Source: Rebecca billardiae RCC1528 (Eukaryota; Protista; Haptophyta). Taken from it: a DNA stretch of 64,000 nt. This document shows, in pieces, positions 56,971 to 64,000 of the stretch; the stretch's first letter is position 1; each line of letters starts with the position of its first letter. The notes beneath the pieces were generated by a model. That model searched no databases and had not been told where the DNA came from. It saw only the letters and a program-made list of their open reading frames with translations. The stretch is taken from the NCBI GenBank assembly GCA_965240325.2, contig OZ251246.1, positions 558,001 to 622,000 of the forward strand, read 5' to 3'. The translations under genes and the position numbers were made by a program.

Positions 56971-58356
56971 GCAGTAGACTCCAGCGGCGCGCCGCCGCCT
57001 CGGCCGCGCCGGGCCGCCGGGGCGCCCGGGGCCGGGCGGGCCCAGTCGCAGCCGCCGCCGCGGCGCCGATATTGTGTACAGGCGGATGCGACGAGGCGTG
57101 ATCGACGCATGAGCGCGACTCCACGTGCACGCCAGGCCACGCGGAGCAGACAGCCAGGGAGCACGGTGCGGGGCCGCGGATTCGTTCGGGCCGCTGCGCC
57201 TGCTGCTGACCGCGCTGTCCCGTCACCGCGCGCCGGCAGCGGCCACGGGATAGATGATTTGCACTGGTCCGAGTAGGGTTCGACCAGCGCCTGCGCGACG
57301 GCCGACAGGCGGGCGCGAGGCGTGATCGACGCATGAGCGCAACTCTACGTGCACGCCAGGCCACGCGGAGCTGACAGCCAGGGAGCACGGTGCCGCGGTG
57401 CGAGGCGAGGCCGCGGATTCGAGCCGAGCAGCCACAGCACCGGTGCCTTCGCGCGCGCCGCGCGTGGACCGGGTGACACACCTCGGTCAGGCTCGGCACG
57501 CGTCGCAGAGGCACGGCCAGCTCTGGGAGCGTCGCGCACCACCGTCGCCCGCGCTGCTCGTCCTCCTATGTCCGTCCGTCCAGCGCTAGACAGACTTGCC
57601 GGCGCGGGCTGATGACCCAGCCATTTCAACTTTCATGCAAGCATGCCGCTCTGCGCATCGATGGGACACGCGTGCGGAGGCGCGTGGCGGCGCACTCGAG
57701 GTGAGCAGGGCGCGAGGGGAAGACTGACGTCCGCGGGACCCCGCCACCACTGCCCGCTGCCCAGGCGCCGTGTGTCACGGCAGCGTACAGACAGTACCGT
57801 CGCCTGCTCGGTTAGTCCGTCTTCCGTGGGAGACCCCGGGAAGGCATGACGAGGGGGGCGCGTGGTGAAGTCGGAGACTCAGATGTCGATCAGTCCGCCA
57901 TCAGGCGCCGCTGCCCCCGTGCTTGCGAGAGCCCGAAAGGGCGGCTCGGGCCTGCCGCGGCCGGTCGCGGGCGGCACGCGCGGTGCACGATTCCGCGCGC
58001 AGGCATCGATGATCGATCGATAGGGCGGCGGGGGCGCGCGGAGTTCAGAGTGAGCGGGGCACGAACGCGATGTCGACGGCCGTCGGGGCCCACCACAGCC
58101 GCGCGCTCCAGACGCCACTCGCCGCGCGCACCTCGTGAGACGTGCTCGGCATCATGTCCACGTGAGCGGCAAAAAAGTGGCCTCGAGCCTGCTCAGGCCT
58201 GCTCTTAAAGTGCGCACAACTGGCTCGCCAGAGGGCAAAAGGCCAATAGCTACTCCCAATTCCCGAAGGCTGATGATGAATACGCACACGTGCGCCTGAT
58301 GAATATCGATGATATTTTGCTCGACCCCGTAGCAGTCCATGAACCATATATATATT

Positions 58357-58588
58357 ATAATGTATGAAAACGAAGCGGTGCAAATGTTGTTCTCCAGTAG
58401 TGGATACGACCCCGACGAAGCGATTTTATGCCTGCGTGAACCATACAGCATATATGGTTCATAATGTATGAAAACGAAGCGGTGCAAATGATGTTCTCCA
58501 GTAGTGGATACGACTCCGACGAAGCGATTTTATGCCTGCGTGAACCATACAGCATATGAATCAGTAGTGAATACGACCCCGACGAAGC
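58357..58588. repeat. 104-bp tandem duplication plus a partial third copy
   Basis: ataatgtatgaaaacgaagcggtgcaaatg... at 58357 and 58461. Confidence 0.9.
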
Positions 58589-58739
58589 CAATATATATCG
58601 GTTGGTTACTTCGCTGATCCCGTAAGGACGTGCGAAAATAGCCTCAAAGAAGCTGACGCTTGTATTGGACTTGTAACCGTCCTACTTCACACAGAAGTGA
58701 ACTCTCACGCCCGGCCGTCCACGATTGATTAGGGGAATG

Positions 58740-58925
58740 TTGTGGGCGCGGTTTTTTTCTCCGTGATGCACCTGTAGAGAGGGTCTCAAAATTCGAAACT
58801 CGGTCTCCGCCAGCCCTAAAATCGGCCCCCGCGTCCCTTTTTCTTGATCAAAGATCTTTTTGAAACGTGGTTCGGGCCCACTGGTGCGGGCTCCACGCTG
58901 CGCGCTCCGCCCTGCACCGCGGGCC
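58740..58925 (-). mobile_element. Repeat terminus abutting a TA-rich tract (inverted relative of 63321-63540)
   Basis: Reverse complement begins GGCCCGCGGTGCAGGGCGGAGCGCGCAGCGTGGAGCCCGCACCAG, identical to the start at 63321. Confidence 0.75.
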
Positions 58926-59303
58926 ATAACTATATATATATAGTTATATACATATATATACGCACATAAATAAGTCTTTCGCCTTCTTCAAAACTCTATC
59001 TGGCCAAGTAACTCTGACGACGAGATTCGCGATCGTGCGGGCGCCGCCGGGGGCGCTGGGGGGCAGTCAAGGTTATGAGCTGCTCAGGCCTCAGCCGGTC
59101 CGATCACTGAATGCGACCGCGGGCTCACTAGTCACTGAGTCACTGACTACTGTGACTCACTCACTCACGCCGGGATTCAGTCGGATGCCGCCTGGCGCTG
59201 TGCTGAGCAGCAGTATTCTGATTCGATTGGGCACGCGCCGGTCCGCGCCTGTGTCACTGTCACGGAACTGTGGATGATGTGCCGATGATGACCTGCATCA
59301 TAT

Positions 59304-60410
59304 TCACACAGTCAGCTCAGCGTGCGCGCGGCGGGCACGCTGCAGAAGGCTCCCGCGAGGCATGGCTCCGCGGCCATCGTCGTCGCTGCCAGCGCCGACG
59401 AGCTCGCGCTCAGCGAACTCAACGACGTCGCGGATGGTCATCGCCCCCGAGCCCGCCGAGGTCAGGTCGAGCTGCGTACGAAGGGCTGCTACCATCTCTG
59501 CAAGGGTCTTGTCTGCCCCGGAATTGCGCGTGCCTGCAGCCGCCGCGGGTGTGGTGGTCGGCTGCGCTGCACGCTGCGTGCGCGCGCCGCCGGCATGGGC
59601 TGAAGCTCCGGCACGCGAGGCGGCGGCGCGCTGGCTGGTGCTGCGCGCGCCTGTGGGCGCTGGTGCTGAGCCGTCGGCCGCTGGGGCTGCGCCCCTTGCT
59701 CGCTTCGCAGGGGGAGCCCGAGCGGGCTGGACGCGCAAGCGCATAGAGGGCGGCGCTGACGGTGCAGCCGCCGGCGCCGGAGGGCGTGCCCGCTTGCGCG
59801 ACGCGGGCGCAGGGCTCGAGGGCGAGGACGCCGGTGGGGTCCGCAGCACGCTCAGGCGCCTCGGCGTGGGCTTCGCGCTCGCCCCCTTGCCCTTCGCACG
59901 CGCCGGCGTCGTCGGCTTGGTGGGCGTCTGCAGCGGTGGCACCTTGCTGCCGCCATCGTCGAGCACCGAGAGATTGTTGTGGGTCGTCTTCGAGCCGTTC
60001 GGCGTGCAGTACGTGCCGAAGCGGGCGTGAAAGGAGGCGAACGCAATCAGGCTGGTCAATGGGCGGCGACACGCGTCTTTCTTCGGGCCCTCGCGCGGCC
60101 AGAGCGGCTCCCCGTCCCAGAGGAATTCGCGCGAGCCAGTCGCGCGCTCGAGGGCCTGCCCTTGCGTGTCGCGTAGCAGCATCTTGCCGGTGGTCGGATC
60201 CTTGTGGCAGACCTCGATCTCGTCCCGCGCGACGGACGGCACTCTCGAGACGATCTTGCCCGACTTTAGCCCGAAGATCCGCTTGTCCAGCTCCGCGTAC
60301 CCCATCTCCTCGGCAGTCTTCGCGGTCTCGCCCAGGAGTTGTGTTGACGTGCGACTCTCGCACGCGGTTGCCGGCGAACAGTAATCCGTTTCATCCGTTT
60401 CAGGTGCCAA
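59304..60410 (-). CDS. Hypothetical protein (globular N-terminus, basic Pro/Ala linker, C-terminal helical motif)
   Basis: 368-aa ATG-initiated ORF with coding-like composition. No family recognised. Confidence 0.7.
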   Translation of the reverse strand: MAPETDETDYCSPATACESRTSTQLLGETAKTAEEMGYAELDKRIFGLKSGKIVSRVPSVARDEIEVCHKDPTTGKMLLRDTQGQALERATGSREFLWDGEPLWPREGPKKDACRRPLTSLIAFASFHARFGTYCTPNGSKTTHNNLSVLDDGGSKVPPLQTPTKPTTPARAKGKGASAKPTPRRLSVLRTPPASSPSSPAPASRKRARPPAPAAAPSAPPSMRLRVQPARAPPAKRARGAAPAADGSAPAPTGARSTSQRAAASRAGASAHAGGARTQRAAQPTTTPAAAAGTRNSGADKTLAEMVAALRTQLDLTSAGSGAMTIRDVVEFAERELVGAGSDDDGRGAMPRGSLLQRARRAHAELTV

Positions 60411-61026
60411 TCGCCCAATCTAAAATCTCGCAGGCGTGATGGAGATGACTGAAGAGTCCCAGGTGATCTGTGCGACAGTGCCGCCGATACCGTCCCAGTC
60501 CTCCTCGGCGGAGCGGCCGAGCGCCTCGTACACCACCTTGATCGCGCAGCGCCTGCCCGACTCACCTGAGCGCCACTCGCGGTGCTTGGCATTCTAGCTC
60601 GCCTCGCGGTTCGCTACGCGCGTTCGCACGAGCGGCGCGTCCGGGGCTGGTGGGCCGGGCATGTCCGATGTCGAGCTGTCGCGCGACACAGACACAGTGG
60701 CCAGTGGGACCGATCGAGTGCAGCCGCCTTCGCAGCACGCTTCTCGCCACAAGCAGCGTTGCGCACCGGCCTCCATTTTTCAGTCCTTGTCAGAGTCCTC
60801 GGAGTCTTCCTGGCTATCACGACGCCGACGGGCATCGCGCCCGCGCGGTTGCACGCGGCCGTGGAGGTGCACGTGGGTGCACGTGACGTACACACATCAC
60901 GTAACTACAGTCTTGAGTCTACAGTCGTACACAGTCACACAGTGTGAGTGACACACACACACACACAATGCATGATGGCACCCGCCGCCGCCCGCTACGG
61001 TTCGAGCGGCGGAATGGCCACGTGGC

Positions 61027-61716
61027 TCATCCGTGCACGTGGTTATACGCCAGCCTTGTGTACTTGGCGGCAAGCGAGCGCGTGAACGCCTCCTTGTCCA
61101 GGTCGGAGCGAACCACCTTCCCTGGGAGGCCGAGCACGAGGGAGTTGGGCGGCACGATGAGGCCCGAGGGCACGACGCAGCCCGCGCCGACGATGGAACC
61201 GCGGCCGATGACGGCGCCGTCGAGCACAGTTGCGTTCATGCCGATCAGGCACGCGTCCTCGATCGTGCAGCCGTGCAAGACCACGCGATGGCCGACCACC
61301 ACGTCCTCGCCAATGATTGTCGCATCGGCATCGCCCAGGTGCACAACCGTGCCGTCCTGCAGGTTCGAGTTGCGGCCGAGGACGATGCGGTTGATGTCGG
61401 CGCGTAGGACCGCGCCGTACCACACCGTTGCGTTTTCGCCGATGTGCACGTCGCCCACCAGGGACACCCCCGCACACACGAGCGCCGACGGATCCACAGA
61501 TGGCACGGAAGCACAGTACCGATCGATGATGGCTCGTGGGTAGCGTGCGCGCAGTACATTGAGCCGTGTCTCGACCTCCTCGAGGTCTGCGGGCGGCCCA
61601 CTCACACGGGGACACACGTCATCGCCGACCACCGTCCGGATAGCCAGGCCACGCCCTCCGCGCGCAGACGGAGGGCGTGCTGCTTGCACGAGTCGGGATG
61701 CCAGGCGAGCCGCCAT
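61027..61716 (-). CDS. Gamma-carbonic anhydrase-like hexapeptide-repeat protein, probably mitochondrial
   Basis: VGDVHIGENATVWYGAVLRAD, GRNSNLQDGTVVH, VGHRVVLHGC (three Zn-ligand His present), LIGMNATVLDG. N-terminus MAARLASRLV is presequence-like. Confidence 0.92.
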   Translation of the reverse strand: MAARLASRLVQAARPPSARGGRGLAIRTVVGDDVCPRVSGPPADLEEVETRLNVLRARYPRAIIDRYCASVPSVDPSALVCAGVSLVGDVHIGENATVWYGAVLRADINRIVLGRNSNLQDGTVVHLGDADATIIGEDVVVGHRVVLHGCTIEDACLIGMNATVLDGAVIGRGSIVGAGCVVPSGLIVPPNSLVLGLPGKVVRSDLDKEAFTRSLAAKYTRLAYNHVHG

Positions 61717-61870
61717 CGTGCGCGAACGCCGCAGCGGAATGCACCACCGACCGAGGTTGAGGTGCGCGCGCAAGTCGTCGCAACTTGCAGCCTCACCAAG
61801 CAGGTGAGGTCGTTGTCCTCAAGTTAGGCTCCTCGTGCCACGCCGCGTTGTGGCCGCTCTCCACGGCCCA

Positions 61871-62776
61871 ATGGCGACCAGAGCGGCTGCACACCCGCTG
61901 GATCACCTGCTGTGGGGGCAGGACTCCTTCGACGGGCCCGCTGCAGCGGGCTGGTTCCTCGAGAATGTGCACATTCCTGCGTATGGCAGCCTTGCATACT
62001 TGGCGTGCCTCGTGCTGTTGCCGCGCTTGATGGCCGACCGCAAGCCGATGAAGCTGTACACGTTCACGCTATGGTGGAACATTGCGCTCACGGTGTTCAG
62101 CATGCTGGGCGCGATCAACACGATGCCGACGCTCGTGCGCGTCCTGTCGACCCGCGGCTTCCGCTACTCGTGCTGCGCCGATGTGTTTGAGATGGTTGGC
62201 GGCGGCGGCCGGGGCGCCCCGTACGCCTGGGCCGCGCTTTTCGTGCTGTCGAAGCTGTTTGAGTACGGCGACACCGTGCTGCTTATGCTGAAGAAGAAGG
62301 AGGTCATCTTCCTGCACGGCTTCCACCACGTCTCCGTCGGCCTGATCGCGTGGTACGGCTGTGGCAAGAACGCGCCGGTCGCGATGTGGTGTGGGACGAT
62401 GAACTACACGGTGCACTCGTTCATGTACCTGTACTACTCGGCGATGGCGGCGCCGGCAGCACGCCCGCTCGCAAAGCCGTTCGCGGGGCTGATCACGCTG
62501 CTGCAGATCTCGCAGATGGTTATGGCCACCGTCATCCACCTCGCCATTGTCTACTGGCACGTCACTGGCGCCGAGGGCGCCGGCTGCTGGTGGGACCCCC
62601 CGGTGCTGCTCTGCACGCTCGGCGCATACATTGTCTACCTCGTGCTCTTCGCCAAGATCTTCGTCGAGCGCTACATGATGAAGCCGGCGGAGAAGCGCGC
62701 CACGAACGCGGCTGCCAATGGCCGGGCCAAGTCCAATGGCCACACCAAGTCCAACGGCCACTCCAAGGCGGAATGA
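61871..62776 (+). CDS. ELO/GNS1 fatty-acid elongase (ELOVL6-like)
   Basis: KLFEYGDT, FLHGFHH His-box, MNYTVHSFMYLYY, TLLQISQM motifs. Intronless. Confidence 0.95.
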   Translation: MATRAAAHPLDHLLWGQDSFDGPAAAGWFLENVHIPAYGSLAYLACLVLLPRLMADRKPMKLYTFTLWWNIALTVFSMLGAINTMPTLVRVLSTRGFRYSCCADVFEMVGGGGRGAPYAWAALFVLSKLFEYGDTVLLMLKKKEVIFLHGFHHVSVGLIAWYGCGKNAPVAMWCGTMNYTVHSFMYLYYSAMAAPAARPLAKPFAGLITLLQISQMVMATVIHLAIVYWHVTGAEGAGCWWDPPVLLCTLGAYIVYLVLFAKIFVERYMMKPAEKRATNAAANGRAKSNGHTKSNGHSKAE

Positions 62777-63045
62777 GGTCCGCCTCCGACGGTCGGGCGG
62801 TGGCCGGTTCGCAGACCCGGTTCGCCGCGGACAGCGCGTTGAGAACGTGCAGCAGGCTTCTTGCCCTTATCGCAGCGCGCCGATGCAGCAGCCCTCGTCG
62901 TAGCAGACGATCCTCGTCGGGCGAGACGTGGCTTTTCGGCTATGGCACCAGAGCAGTGCTGAATCGTGCGCGCGCCAAGCAGGCGGCTTGCTCGCGATAG
63001 ATTACACACGTCACGCGACATGCTGCACGCAGCACCATCATTTAC

Positions 63046-63147
63046 CCGGCGGCGCTACCATCGGCGACGGCTTCATGGGCGGTGACAGTTGGCGGGCGTC
63101 AATCTCGCCTGCCTGAGCTGTGTGCGTCTCTTATTCTTAGTAAACTG
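63046..63147 (+). repeat. Terminal fragment of the dispersed MITE-like family
   Basis: Nearly identical to 56866-56968. Confidence 0.9.
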
Positions 63148-63206
63148 TTGCTGTTTATTACACTAATAAATCAGTACGCGTAATTACATACTGAGCTGCT
63201 ACGTAC

Positions 63207-63540
<334 letters not shown>

Positions 63541-64000
63541 CCTTAAGTAAAGTGCGATCTGGACGTCAGCTGGACGTGACATTAGTGTAACGGTTCGTTA
63601 CGAGCGAATCGTACTCGTCTTCCCGGATCGCGTGACGTCCGGACTGGGCCACATCCGGATCGTCGGAGGTGACGTGCCCCGGCACGATGGGCGATGGCGG
63701 ATATGCGGGACGGCGCCTGCACGTGCCTCCGGACCCGCCTCCCGCTTGCTGCTCACGCAGTCAGCTGCGACCGTGGCGCATGATCGCAGAAGCAGTGCCG
63801 GCAGTACGGCCTGCATCAGCTAGTGCCGCGCCGTCGTGGCGCGCGCGGTACGGTTGCGGCGTTGCGCGTTTGCAGCGCTCGCAGCTCGGCGACGGCACGC
63901 GCGTGCGGCTCAGGTGTGTCAAATGCGGTCTCGTCGGCGCGCTTTCGCCTGCCACCTCGTGCACCCGTGCCGCCAGTTTCATCGTCTTCATGAGGACTGC

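Noticed and set aside
57090-57425. ~100-bp direct repeat pair
   Set aside because: Real but uninformative local duplication; no LTR or TIR hallmarks.

Overview
Very GC-rich eukaryotic nuclear DNA with short (about 90-200 nt), extremely GC-rich GT-AG introns. Composition and gene content suggest a haptophyte-like alga (inference only). Genes: ribosomal protein L3; a canonical membrane hybrid histidine kinase; a small DYxxxWPSS-repeat protein; a degenerate hybrid kinase whose receiver domain appears circularly permuted; a Prx5-type peroxiredoxin; a small secreted protein; a divergent intronless FkbM methyltransferase / FAD monooxygenase pair separated by a ~1 kb palindrome; a RAMA-domain protein; a ~2,730-aa channel made of two complete 6TM-CNBD-ankyrin (plant Shaker/SKOR-like) modules with two different non-canonical pore filters; a gamma-carbonic-anhydrase-like protein; and an ELO fatty-acid elongase. 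Mobile DNA: a 7.36 kb non-coding foldback element (580-bp TIRs, mirrored 214-bp tandem arrays, CCATG target duplication) inserted into a copy of a dispersed TA|CAGTTTACTA Tc1/mariner-like MITE family; a very young RT-less Copia-type element (864-bp LTRs, GTTTA TSD); element ends abutting (TA)n; and minisatellites. The strongest candidates for undescribed biology are the tandem two-module channel, the permuted-receiver pseudo-kinase and the foldback element.
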